From contig CAVQUB010000011.1 in the NCBI GenBank assembly GCA_963716725.1, positions 128,001-192,000 on the forward strand: a DNA stretch of 64,000 nucleotides. The letters run 5' to 3'. The notes beneath the pieces were generated by a model. That model made no database searches. It was not told the DNA's origin and saw only the letters and a program-made list of their open reading frames with translations. Below, one piece after another: positions 10,654-20,672 of this stretch (positions are counted from its first letter, which is position 1; every line of letters starts with the position of its first letter). This DNA comes from an uncultured delta proteobacterium. GTDB taxonomy: Bacteria > Myxococcota_A > Polyangia > Polyangiales > Polyangiaceae. Both the position numbers and the translations under genes were made by a program.

Positions 10654-12374
10654 CTACTGCGGCGGTTTGACTTGGAACTTGTCCCAGGCCGGCGTGTGGT
10701 TGTTTTCTTCGGCGACCTGCGCCGTCACGTACAGCGCCGGGTAGGTCTTCTCGATGCCGCCGGCGGCATCGGTCACCACGCCGGAGATGAAGAGCTGAGG
10801 ATTCTTCGCGTCGCGCCGCGTGGAAGAAAAGACGATCCAGTAGTAGCTCTTGCCGTCGGACACCTCGGCCGCCGGCGCCCAGCGCGGCCACGAATTCGTG
10901 AGTCCGGGGCTGGTCACGCCGGTGCACGCCGCCGGATCGTTGGCCGCCAGCCGGGTGGCAGTTCCGCCCTTCGCCGGCACCACGAAGACCTCGCCCGTGG
11001 GCTCGTTGTAGCTGTCGGCCCACGACCCGTCGGACTCTTTGCGCGGCGCGCAGCGGTTGAACGCCAGCAGCGCGTCGCCCGGCGAGATGACCGGGTAGTA
11101 CTCCCAGTACGCGGGATCGCTGGCCCCCGGCAGCGGCGTCGCGGTCCCACCCTTTCGCTCGTTGTAGGGCACCGTGTAGACGTCCATCGTGGGATCGGCG
11201 TCAGTAACCCGGGCGATCACGCCTTCGCCCGTCACGGGCGCGGACACGTAGGCGACGGTCGAGCTGTCGTGCCACCAGGTGGGTGACGCGACCGGTCGCG
11301 GATCGCCGGTCCGGGCCAGGATCCCCCAACCGGTTGCCGGCGAGCTGGCGTGCAAATCCGTCCACACCAGCTCGTCCTTGCCCGCGGTCGCCGCGGCCTC
11401 GTTGAAGACCGAGAGCGCCACCGCGTCAGTGGCCGAGTACCGAGCCTTCGAGGTGACGGGCGCGGACTGCTTCGTCCGGCCAAGCAGCGAGAGCGCGGTG
11501 GCCGAGACCACCGAGCCGGCCGGCGGAGTTCCGAGTCCGTCGACGCTGCGCACGTCCACACTTCGGGTCTGGTTGCCGTCCCGGGTGTAGAAGGTGTGCT
11601 TGCCGTCCGGCGACGAGACATGGCAGGCGACGCAGGTAGTGTCTCCACCGACGAGCGCGGGTGTGAGCACCGTCGTGACGGCGGTGTCGCCGATGGTAAA
11701 GGCCTTGAGCGCGGTCTTTCCGGTGCCCGGCGCCCCGCTCGTCCAGTACACGACGGATCCCGGCGCCGCGACGGGTGCGATGTGCACCGGGCCCTTTGTT
11801 CCGGTGAAAGGACCCGCCGTGAGCTTGCCGCTTTCGAGTTTGGCCCCGCGCAGGCTGACCTCGATGTCGTTGCCCGCGCTGTGCTGCGTGAGCGACTTCC
11901 ACTGGCTCGCGGCCATCGAGTAGGACTTCTGTGTGGTGTAGACCACCAGGTCGTTTACCTGGTTATTCACGTGCAGCCGCAGTTCGAACACGTTTTGATC
12001 GGCGGGCGCCGACCACTCGAAACGGAGCGGCGTCCAGTTCTTCGGCACCAGCGCGCCGGTGGGTGGTTCGCTCGCGCACGGGCCGCCGCTGCCTTGCCCC
12101 GCCGCGGAGAACTGGCTCGACAAATCCGAGGGCAGTGACGCCTCGATCTCCGGCTCCTTTGGGAAATCCGAGAAGGGGCCTTGGGGGCCGCCACCGATGC
12201 CACCACTGCCGCCGCTGCCGCCGCCGCTGCCTCCCCCGCCCCGGATCCGGAGCTCGCGCCGGTTCCGGTGACGGCCCCGGTGCCGCCCGCCACCCCGGCA
12301 TCGTCCGACGAGCAGCTGAACCCGAGCGCTCCGGCCAGGACCACGAAACCAACCAGGACACGCACACGAGCCAT
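10654..12374 (-). CDS. TolB/PD40-like beta-propeller lipoprotein (one frameshift near 12240)
   Basis: ATG 12374 gives lipoprotein signal (...ALGFSC) and Gly-rich linker; frame changes in a G/C run near 12235-12243 to join track ORF 10654..12123; motifs CVACHVSSPDG, YPVISPGD, NSWPRWAP, WIVFSSTR. Confidence 0.75.
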
Positions 12375-12483
12375 GCCCAGAAGATACTCGGCAATGCCGC
12401 CGCTTGCACGGTCACCTGGTTGATTCTCGGACCGCCCGCTATAGTCGCGCCGTCGTGCGACGAGCCGCGCGGCACCGGAAACT

Positions 12484-14853
12484 TTGGCGGCCGACGACGA
12501 TCCTGACGACTTGGCAGCGACGATCGCTGCACCTGCCACGTCTGCCGAAGCAGCGGGAGGGTCGGACCCGGCTGCCAGCATCGGGCGCGAGCCCCTGATC
12601 GCGGGGCGCTACCGCATCACGCGGCTGGTCGGACGTGGCGGTATGGGCGCGGTCTACCTCGCCCGCGACACCGAGCTCGATGAGGACGTCGCGCTCAAGG
12701 TGCTCTCCGACGATCTCGCGACCAGCCCAGTCCTCATCGATCGGTTTCGCCGCGAGGTGAAGCTCGCCCGCCGCGTCACCCACGAGAACGTGGCGCGCAT
12801 GTTCGACATCGGCGAGCACGAGGGCGCGCGCTTCCTCACCATGGAGTTCGTCGACGGCGAGTCGCTCGCGGAGCTGCTTGGCCGAACGGGGCGGCTGCCC
12901 GTCGCCAAGGTGCTGGATCTGGCCCGGGCGATCTGCGCGGGACTTGGCGCGGCGCATCGCGCCGGAGTGGTGCACCGGGATCTCAAACCCGACAACGTGA
13001 TGTTGGGCCGCAATGGCCGAGTGCTGATCACCGACTTTGGCATCGCGCGGGACCCGGTCACGTCGCAGGTCGGCGCCACGGCCGGCATGGTCGTCGGCAC
13101 TCCAGCCTACATGGCCCCCGAGCAGGTGGAGGCCCGAGCCGACATCGACGCGCGGGCCGACATCTATGCGCTCGGCGTCATGCTCTTCGAGCTCTTCACC
13201 GGGGAGCTGCCCTGGCGCGGCAGCTCGCCCATGGCCGTCGCCGCGGCCCGCCTCTACGCGGACCCGCCGGATCCGCGCGCTGTGGTCCCGGAGCTCCCGC
13301 CCGGGCTCGCGGCGGTGGTGATTCGCTGCATGGCGCGGGACCCGGCGGCGCGCCCCGCGAGCGCCGACGCGGTCCGGGACGCGCTGTCGGGCTCGAGCCC
13401 GACGCTGCCCGAAGGCGTGAGCCCGAGCTTGCCCCCGGCCCTGACCGCCCCGCCCGCGCAGCCCGCGCAGGTCAACGCGGTTGCTGTGTTGCCGTTCCGA
13501 AACCTCGGAGCCCCAGAGGACGCCTACGTCGCCGAAGGAGTCACGGAGGACTTGATCGACACCCTCAGCATGACGCCGGGGTTGCGCGTCCGTCCGCGCG
13601 GCGCGGTGTTGCGCTACGCCAACTCAGCGCTCGATCCCCGGGACGTGGGTCGTGAGCTGGGCGTCGACGTGGTGGTCGAAGGCTCGGTGCGCCGGGCGCC
13701 GAACACGGTACGCCTCAACGCCAGGTTGATCAGCGTCGACGACGGGTTCCAGCTCTGGGCGCAGCGCTTCGACCGACCTGCCAACGATCTGCTGGTGGTG
13801 AGCGACGAGACCGCGCGCAGCGTCGCCGAGGCGCTGACCGTGCACGCGGCGGGGCGGCATCGCGTCGCGCCCTCCGACCCCGCCGCTATCGACCTCTACC
13901 TCAAGGCGCGGGCGGAGCTCAGGCGCGTGTGGCCGCAGTTCATCCGCAATGCCGTCGCTCTCCTCGAACAGGCCCACCAGCGGGCCCCCAACAATCCGAC
14001 CATCTTGGCAGCTTACGCGCGTGCCTGTGCGCGCCTCTGGTACTTTGGTGAGGGCGACGCCGCACGTTGGGGCACGGCTGCACGCGCGCTGTCGGAGCGC
14101 GCCATCGCAACCGCGCCGAACGACGTCGAGGCCCTGCTTGCCCGAGCGGCGGTGCTGCTCTTCGAGTCCGATCCCCGAGGCACGGCCGAGCTGGCGGCGC
14201 GCGCGCTGGCCGTGGCTCCCGAGAATCCAGATGCGCTCGAACTGCGGGCCCGACTGGTATTGGAGGTGGGCCGCCCCCGCGAAGCGCTGGAGTTTCTCAC
14301 TCAGGTGCTCGCCATCGAACCCGGCATGGCCAACGCTCGCCAAGACATCGTGCGCGCGCACGCCTTGCTCGGCGACTTCGATCGCGTCCTGGCGCTGCTG
14401 CCCGCCGCCACCGAGGCCAACCCCACGCAGAGCGACGTGGTCCTTCGGCTGCGGCTCGCCACTTGGAGCCCCAAGCTCCTGGCAACCATCGATGGCATGA
14501 CGATCCCGGACGATCCGAACTTCAACATCGCGCACATGATGAAGTTCATCCTCTCGGGCAGCGCGGATTCGTCGGAGCTCGACGCGTTTCGGGAGTTCAC
14601 CACACGCGCGGGCGCCAACCCGCGCTTCGCCTCGCTGATGCACCAGATCGTCGCCGAAACGCTGTGTTTTTTCGGCAACGCGCCCAGCGCGATGGATGAG
14701 CTCGAGCGGTCCGTCGGAGCTGGGCTCTTCGATCTGTCGTGGGTCGATTTCTGTCCGGCGCTCGCCCCGCTCCGCGCGGAGCCACGCTTCGCCACCGCTC
14801 GCGCCACGGTGGCCGAGCGTGCCCGCACGGTGCTCGATGCGCTTCGGCTCTAG
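12484..14853 (+). CDS. Cytoplasmic Ser/Thr kinase with TolB-N/FlgO-like domain and TPRs
   Basis: VGRGGMGAVY, HRDLKPDN, DFGIA, GTPAYMAPEQ; AVAVLPFRN...GVTEDLIDTL...VEGSVRR; TPR tail ending LRAEPRF. Confidence 0.92.
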   Translation: MAADDDPDDLAATIAAPATSAEAAGGSDPAASIGREPLIAGRYRITRLVGRGGMGAVYLARDTELDEDVALKVLSDDLATSPVLIDRFRREVKLARRVTHENVARMFDIGEHEGARFLTMEFVDGESLAELLGRTGRLPVAKVLDLARAICAGLGAAHRAGVVHRDLKPDNVMLGRNGRVLITDFGIARDPVTSQVGATAGMVVGTPAYMAPEQVEARADIDARADIYALGVMLFELFTGELPWRGSSPMAVAAARLYADPPDPRAVVPELPPGLAAVVIRCMARDPAARPASADAVRDALSGSSPTLPEGVSPSLPPALTAPPAQPAQVNAVAVLPFRNLGAPEDAYVAEGVTEDLIDTLSMTPGLRVRPRGAVLRYANSALDPRDVGRELGVDVVVEGSVRRAPNTVRLNARLISVDDGFQLWAQRFDRPANDLLVVSDETARSVAEALTVHAAGRHRVAPSDPAAIDLYLKARAELRRVWPQFIRNAVALLEQAHQRAPNNPTILAAYARACARLWYFGEGDAARWGTAARALSERAIATAPNDVEALLARAAVLLFESDPRGTAELAARALAVAPENPDALELRARLVLEVGRPREALEFLTQVLAIEPGMANARQDIVRAHALLGDFDRVLALLPAATEANPTQSDVVLRLRLATWSPKLLATIDGMTIPDDPNFNIAHMMKFILSGSADSSELDAFREFTTRAGANPRFASLMHQIVAETLCFFGNAPSAMDELERSVGAGLFDLSWVDFCPALAPLRAEPRFATARATVAERARTVLDALRL

Positions 14854-15274
14854 CGCGCCGGCGTTCTTGGCCTGGCTGATCGCCGGCTGCGAGTGCGAGG
14901 GTCGCCCACCGACTGAAGGCGTGGCCAAACCGTTGCGGCTCGGCTCGTCGACTGCACTGGGCTCGGCGCCGGCGCCGGATGCGGGGGCGGTGCGGCCGAG
15001 ATCAGCCGGCTGCGTGCCGGGCGCTCACCGCTGCGTCGGCAACGAGCTCGAAGAGTGCGAAGGCAGCGCCGGTGGCTTCGTGCGGGTCAACATTTGTCAG
15101 ACCAGCGCACACTGCAACGCCAAGCTGAAGCAGTGCCTGGTCGACCCTTGCATCCTGGGCGAGTACCAGTGCCACGGCGCCGATCTCGAGCAGTGCCACG
15201 CCAACGGTTGGACGCGCGCGCGTCAGTGCGACTCGGCCGCGGCATGCGACGCGGAGCGCGGGCGTTGCGATTGA
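14837..15274 (+). CDS. Small Cys-rich putative lipoprotein
   Basis: LIAGC lipobox-like; two repeats C.PG..RC.G..LE.C. Confidence 0.6.
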   Translation: MRFGSSAPAFLAWLIAGCECEGRPPTEGVAKPLRLGSSTALGSAPAPDAGAVRPRSAGCVPGAHRCVGNELEECEGSAGGFVRVNICQTSAHCNAKLKQCLVDPCILGEYQCHGADLEQCHANGWTRARQCDSAAACDAERGRCD

Positions 15275-15278
15275 CCGC

Positions 15279-16607
15279 TCAGAGCTCCTCGAAGGCCTGC
15301 AGCGGGCGGAAGGCGCGTTTCGCCCACGCGCCTTCGTTGTGCGGTGCGCCGTCCTCCCACCAGTGCCAGAGCTCTTGGTCGAAGACGTAGCCCTGGGACC
15401 CGAGCAACTCCCGGAGCTGGATCGTCTCGCAGTAGTTGTCCGAGGCAGTCGGCGAGTCATCGTCGGTGCCGTCGCCGTCGGAGTCGACGCAACCTGAGCC
15501 AGCGCCGCCGCCCGAGTCGAGGTAGAGCTTGGTGGCCTGCTTTCCTTGCTTGCCGTAGCGGCCAATGAGCGTCTCGTTCTTGGCCCCGATGGAACCCCAG
15601 CCGAAGGTCCCGGACATCGAGGCCGCAAAGTCCCAGGCTCCCGGGTGACGCTGCGCCTGATGGAACGCGATCAGCCCACCGAGCGACGAGCCCATCACGC
15701 CGACGCGTAGGGGCTTGCCGTAGGCGGCTTCGATCAGCGGGCGCACCTCGTCTTTGACGTAGTCGGCGTAGGCGTCGCCCTTGCCGCCGGTGGTCTGGCC
15801 GGAGATCACGTCGCTGACGTGCGTGTACTCGTCCATGCGCAGCGCTCCGGCGTTGTCGATCCCGACGATGAGCGTCGCGGGCCCCGCCGACTCGTCGAGC
15901 TTCCAGCTGCCGAAGGCGGCGTCTGGATCGAAGAGATTCTGACCGTCATGCACGTACAGATGATGCGTCGACGGTTGGCCCGGCACCCGAACCCGAAGCG
16001 TCCGCGGCGGAATGCCCGCGCCTCCAACCTCGAGCCAGCGTTCGAGGTGCGCCGCGCTGCGCCGAACCGACGAGTACTCTCCGTACTGGTCGTAACCGAA
16101 GCGCCGCGCGAGCGGATCTGCCAGGAGCGCGCTCTTGCCGTCTTCGATCTTGTACTTCTTGCCGTCGGGGCTCGGCACCGCGGCCACCAGCCAGTACATG
16201 CCGGCCTCGGCCTTCATCGACGCCGGCTGCCAGGCGTTGTGATCGCCCGAGAGCGCGTAGGGACCAGCACCGTCGTCGATGTGCACGAACAGGAAACCGC
16301 CGGGGGCCGCCACTGGGAACCCTCCGCTCCGCGCGATCTTCGCCAGGCCGGTCGGTGCGTCGATCTGGCCTTTCAAGATCGCCTGGAACAGCTCCCAATC
16401 GTCGACTGCACCAGCGTCGGTTCCTCCGGTGCCTGCGGCGCCGCCGCTCGGAGCGCCGGCGTTGCCACCGAAGCCGCCACCACCACTCGTGCTGCCGCCG
16501 GCACCCCCTCCGCTCGCACCGCCGGTCGACGAGTGCACTGGCGCCTCTGCATCGTCGGAGCACGAAGCCAAGAGCAGACACAGGACCAGGGAACAGGCGC
16601 GGCGCAT
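15279..16607 (-). CDS. Lipoprotein alpha/beta-hydrolase (putative esterase, Fes-like)
   Basis: Lipobox LASC; YVHDGQNLFD, GSSLGG nucleophile elbow, LYLDSG, HNEGAW. Confidence 0.88.
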   Translation of the reverse strand: MRRACSLVLCLLLASCSDDAEAPVHSSTGGASGGGAGGSTSGGGGFGGNAGAPSGGAAGTGGTDAGAVDDWELFQAILKGQIDAPTGLAKIARSGGFPVAAPGGFLFVHIDDGAGPYALSGDHNAWQPASMKAEAGMYWLVAAVPSPDGKKYKIEDGKSALLADPLARRFGYDQYGEYSSVRRSAAHLERWLEVGGAGIPPRTLRVRVPGQPSTHHLYVHDGQNLFDPDAAFGSWKLDESAGPATLIVGIDNAGALRMDEYTHVSDVISGQTTGGKGDAYADYVKDEVRPLIEAAYGKPLRVGVMGSSLGGLIAFHQAQRHPGAWDFAASMSGTFGWGSIGAKNETLIGRYGKQGKQATKLYLDSGGGAGSGCVDSDGDGTDDDSPTASDNYCETIQLRELLGSQGYVFDQELWHWWEDGAPHNEGAWAKRAFRPLQAFEEL

Positions 16608-16642
16608 CACGGCGGCCTCATAGCACCGACGGACGCCCTGGC

Positions 16643-18340
16643 TCATCGGAAGCAGCGCAGGGTGCTCAGAAACTCCCCGCCGTAGGCCGCGAGCTTCTTG
16701 GGACCCACGCCCGGCACCGCCAAGAGTTGCGCCTCGCTCTCGGGTCGGCGCGCGATCATCTCGAGCAGCGTGGCGTCGCTGAACACCTGGTAGGCCGGCA
16801 CGCTGCGCTCCCGCGCCAGCTCCTTTCTCAGGACTTTCAAGGCGTCGAGCAAGGCCTGCTGATCGCTCTTGGGTGCCTCCACGGCCCGTGCCCGCGCGCG
16901 TGGGCGGCGTCGGTCGAAGGCCCCCAGCACGTCGATGCCTCCGCACTGGTCACAGGAACTCCCGCAGGGCGGCACGTGCTCACCGAAGTAACCGACGATG
17001 TCTTGGTGACGACAAGTGGACGACTCTGCGAGCCGGTACATCTGCCGCGCCATCTCCGACTGACGAGCTGCGACTTCGGCCGGCGCGTCGGTCGCGAAGC
17101 GATCGTAGGTCAGCACGTCAGCCCAGGAGTAGAAGAGCACGCAGTCACTGGCAACACCGTCGCGCCCGGCACGGCCAATCTCTTGGTAGTAGCCCTCGAT
17201 CGAACGCGGCATGTCTCGGTGAATGACGAAGCGCACGTTGGATTTGTCAATGCCCATGCCGAAGGCGATGGTGGCCACGACCACGTCCACGTCGTCCTTC
17301 TGAAACGCGTCTTGCACCTTCGTGCGTCGCTCGGCTTCCATGCCGGCGTGGTACGCCAGAGCCGAGATGCCAGCGTCTCGCAGCATTTCTGCTGTGGTCT
17401 CGGTAGATTTGCGCGACAGGCAGTACACGATGCCGCTCTCGCCGCGGCGCTCCTGCACCAAGCGCACGATGGCCTCGCCCACCGCGGGCAGGCGCCGCCC
17501 TTCCGCGCCGGCGCCACCCTTCTTGAGCACGGCGACGCGGAGGTTCGGGCGAAAGAACGAGCCCCGGAACATCCCGGGATCGCGCATCGCGAGCTGCTCC
17601 ACGATGTCGCGCGTCACCGCGGCGGTGGCGGTGGCCGTGAGCGCCAAGATGGGCACCCCGCCGAATCGTCGCTTCAACTCACGCAGCTCGCGGTACGCGG
17701 GGCGGAAGTCGTGGCCCCATTGGCTGATGCAGTGCGCTTCGTCGACCGCGATCAGGGACAAACGGGCGCCGGTGAGGGCTCGGCCGGCAGACGCAGACAA
17801 GCCCTCGGGCGCCGCGTAAACAACCTCGTAGTGCCCGGCAGCGACAGCCCGGACTCGCGCTGCGCGTTCGTCGGCGGGCACACTCGAGTTGAGGAACGTC
17901 GCGCGAAGGCCCACCTCGGTGAGCGCATCGACCTGGTCTTTCATGAGCGCGATCAAGGGCGAGACGACCAGCGTGACTCCGCCCATGACGCGCGCGGGGA
18001 TCTGAAATGTGAGGGACTTGCCGGCGCCGGTCGGCATGATGCCCACGCAGTCCCGGCCGGCGAGCACTGTCTCGATGATCTCGGCCTGACCGGGCCGGAA
18101 GCTGGGGTAGCCAAAGACGTGTTCGAGCACCGATTGAGGCTTGGGGCGGGCGGCTGCGACCGCGGACGCGACGTCGCGGAGCAGGGAAAGGACGTCCGCC
18201 GGAAAGGATCCGCGGTCCCGGCGGTAGAGCGCGCGCAGGGCATCGAGCCGGCCCGCGAGCTCAGACTGCAATGGGGGGCCCTCGGACGTCGCCACGGAAT
18301 GTAGCTCGGTGGCAAGACGACGAAGCTCTTCCGGAGACAC
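16643..18340 (-). CDS. recQ: RecQ-family ATP-dependent DNA helicase with HRDC domain
   Basis: FGYPSFRPGQ, MPTGAGKS, VDEAHCISQWGHDFRPAY, ATIAFGMGIDK, YYQEIGRAGRDG, Zn site CRH...C..CDQC, HRDC VPAYQVFSDATL; GTG start inferred. Confidence 0.93.
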   Translation of the reverse strand: MSPEELRRLATELHSVATSEGPPLQSELAGRLDALRALYRRDRGSFPADVLSLLRDVASAVAAARPKPQSVLEHVFGYPSFRPGQAEIIETVLAGRDCVGIMPTGAGKSLTFQIPARVMGGVTLVVSPLIALMKDQVDALTEVGLRATFLNSSVPADERAARVRAVAAGHYEVVYAAPEGLSASAGRALTGARLSLIAVDEAHCISQWGHDFRPAYRELRELKRRFGGVPILALTATATAAVTRDIVEQLAMRDPGMFRGSFFRPNLRVAVLKKGGAGAEGRRLPAVGEAIVRLVQERRGESGIVYCLSRKSTETTAEMLRDAGISALAYHAGMEAERRTKVQDAFQKDDVDVVVATIAFGMGIDKSNVRFVIHRDMPRSIEGYYQEIGRAGRDGVASDCVLFYSWADVLTYDRFATDAPAEVAARQSEMARQMYRLAESSTCRHQDIVGYFGEHVPPCGSSCDQCGGIDVLGAFDRRRPRARARAVEAPKSDQQALLDALKVLRKELARERSVPAYQVFSDATLLEMIARRPESEAQLLAVPGVGPKKLAAYGGEFLSTLRCFR

Positions 18341-18526
18341 GAGGGGCGCATGGTAGCCTCGAATCGTCAGTTTTCGGCAGCCCTGCTCCGGAGTATTCCG
18401 ACGACGCGCTCGGGAGCGACGGATTCGGGTCGAAACCGAGACGCAAGAAGTGGACGACGACGTGCAGCGGGACGCGGAGGACGAGAGCCGGCATCGGCGC
18501 AGCGCTGGGAGCCCCGGAGTCGACCC

Positions 18527-20557
18527 GTGACTGGCGTGCGGGCTTTCCTGGTTCTGGTCGCCCTGCTCGCGATGGCGCCGCTGGGCGCTTGCCATCACGA
18601 CCGCCCAGAGCGCGTGCCGGGTGAGACCGACGTCACGGTGTCGAAGGTGACGCTGCGCGCTCCGGGCGGAGCGCCACCGACGTTGGCGCACGGAGAGCTG
18701 TTCATGCTGCTGGGCCTGCGCCCCGGGAGCACGATCGTCACGCACCGCTACTTCAACGAGTTCCGCCTGGCAGAGGACCGCCGACGGCTGGTCTCGTGGT
18801 GGCAGACCTACGGCTACTTCGACGTCAAGGTGGCCGAGCCCGAGCTCGAGTGGTCCCAAGACCACCGCTCGGTGGCCGTCACGTGGACGGTCCGCGAAGG
18901 CCGCCCCTACCACGTCGGGTCGGTGGCAGTGCGTGACGCCCCCGACGCCCCCGACGCCCAGGCCGTCGCGCTGGCTCGATTGGTGCCCTTCCGGGTCGGC
19001 GACCGCATCGACCTCGAGAAGTTCCGGATGGGGCGGCACGAGATGGCGTGGCACCTGCAACGGCAAGGCTTCGGCCACGCCGGGGTCTACAGCCGGGCCT
19101 ACGTCGATCGCGACAAAAAGCTCGTGCACTGGGTCTACTTCGTGGACCAGGGGCCCCAGACCCGCATCGGCAAGGTGACGGTCGAGGGCAACCACAAGAT
19201 CCCGGTCGAGAAGATCCTTTGGCGCTCCGACGTGCGCCCCGACGATGCCTACAGCCTGGAGCTCAAGGAGAGCATCGAGCGGGATCTGCTCGACACGGGA
19301 TCGTTTGCGTCCGTGGTGGTCAAGCCCCTGAACGCCGACGTCGAGCGAGTATTGCCCGGGGAGCGCCCCGATCCGGGCGGCCTGCTCACCCACGAACAAG
19401 TCGACGCCGACGGCAACCTCGTGCCACGCCGCCTGGGTGACCGCATCGATTTTCGGTTGGTGGTGGTCGAGGCCCCGTCTCGACAGCTGCGCCTGAGGGC
19501 CGGCGCGGAGGCAGATCCGACGCGCGGCGATCTGTATTCGGGCGGCAACGTCTGGCTCCGTAACTTCTTCGGCGCCTACCAGCACCTGGTGCTCGAAGGA
19601 CGCCTGGGCTACGGCGTGCTCTGGAGCGGTGACGACGACGAGTCGAGCGGGGCCTACGGCGATGCGCTCTTGCGCTCTGTGCACGGCGGGCTCTTCGCTC
19701 GGATGGTGGACGGACGACTGAGCGCACGCTTTCGCGATCGCCTGTACCCCGGCTTTCGCACCCGAGAGTTTGCGGCAGGGCCCGGGCTGCACACGCGCTT
19801 CGGAAAAAACGTCTTCTTCGATTTCGATCTCCTCTATCGCTTCGAGAAGGACGTCGGCTTCGGCCCCTTCACAGCAGCGACCCGCGACGCGCGCGATCTT
19901 CCGAACGGCGACACGTCGCGGGGTCCAACCGCCGAGCTGTCGCTGGTCTGGGATGCTCGCAACGATCGCGTCGAGCCGACCGGCGGCCACTTCCTCGGAC
20001 TGTCCAGCCAGGCTCTTCCCGGCGGCAAGCTTGGCACGCACCAAGCGCTACTCGTCCAGCCCGACGCGCGCCTCTTCTTTCCGCTGGGCGAGAGCACCTC
20101 GCTCGCGCTGCGCTCGACCTTCGGCTTCGTGCTCGGCGCGAGCAGCGCGGGAGTCCCGCCGGGCACGCGGCTCTTCGGCGGCGGCGCCTACGGCATGCGC
20201 GGCTTCGGGCGCGATCGACTGAGCCCGAGCGCTGCCTGTGATCCGACCGCCAACAAGTGCGACGACGAACTCACCGGCGCGCTCAGCCTGATGGAGAGTC
20301 AGGCGGAGTTTCGCTTCTTGCCCTTCCGGGCGCCTTTCGGCTTCGTGGGCTTCGTGGATGCCGGGGCGGCGGGGCCCGCTCAGAATCCCTTCGCCGACGG
20401 CCTGAGCCTCGCCGTGGGTCTGGGTCCGCGCTTGCGACTCTGGTACCTGCCCATCGCCCTGGACCTGTCGTACCGCGTCCTGCGCGAGGACCAGTTCGAG
20501 AACGGCAAGCCCTTCGCGCCGTACTTCGCCTTCGTGCGGATCGGAGAGGCGTTTTGA
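18527..20557 (+). CDS. Omp85/BamA-TamA family outer-membrane protein with POTRA domains, lipoprotein-like signal
   Basis: POTRA-like YGYFDVKV, V.EG.PY, RIGKVTVEGN; barrel motifs FGGGAYGMRGF, GFVDAG, PIALDL; terminal RIGEAF. Confidence 0.88.
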   Translation: MTGVRAFLVLVALLAMAPLGACHHDRPERVPGETDVTVSKVTLRAPGGAPPTLAHGELFMLLGLRPGSTIVTHRYFNEFRLAEDRRRLVSWWQTYGYFDVKVAEPELEWSQDHRSVAVTWTVREGRPYHVGSVAVRDAPDAPDAQAVALARLVPFRVGDRIDLEKFRMGRHEMAWHLQRQGFGHAGVYSRAYVDRDKKLVHWVYFVDQGPQTRIGKVTVEGNHKIPVEKILWRSDVRPDDAYSLELKESIERDLLDTGSFASVVVKPLNADVERVLPGERPDPGGLLTHEQVDADGNLVPRRLGDRIDFRLVVVEAPSRQLRLRAGAEADPTRGDLYSGGNVWLRNFFGAYQHLVLEGRLGYGVLWSGDDDESSGAYGDALLRSVHGGLFARMVDGRLSARFRDRLYPGFRTREFAAGPGLHTRFGKNVFFDFDLLYRFEKDVGFGPFTAATRDARDLPNGDTSRGPTAELSLVWDARNDRVEPTGGHFLGLSSQALPGGKLGTHQALLVQPDARLFFPLGESTSLALRSTFGFVLGASSAGVPPGTRLFGGGAYGMRGFGRDRLSPSAACDPTANKCDDELTGALSLMESQAEFRFLPFRAPFGFVGFVDAGAAGPAQNPFADGLSLAVGLGPRLRLWYLPIALDLSYRVLREDQFENGKPFAPYFAFVRIGEAF

Positions 20558-20672
20558 CCGCGGCCGCGCCATGCCTGCGCGCCCGCATTCGCACGCACAC
20601 CGCGTGCCGAGAAGCGCGCGGCGCTCTGCCGTCGCGCTGGGCTGGCCGATGCACTATGTAAGGGCGCTGGCA

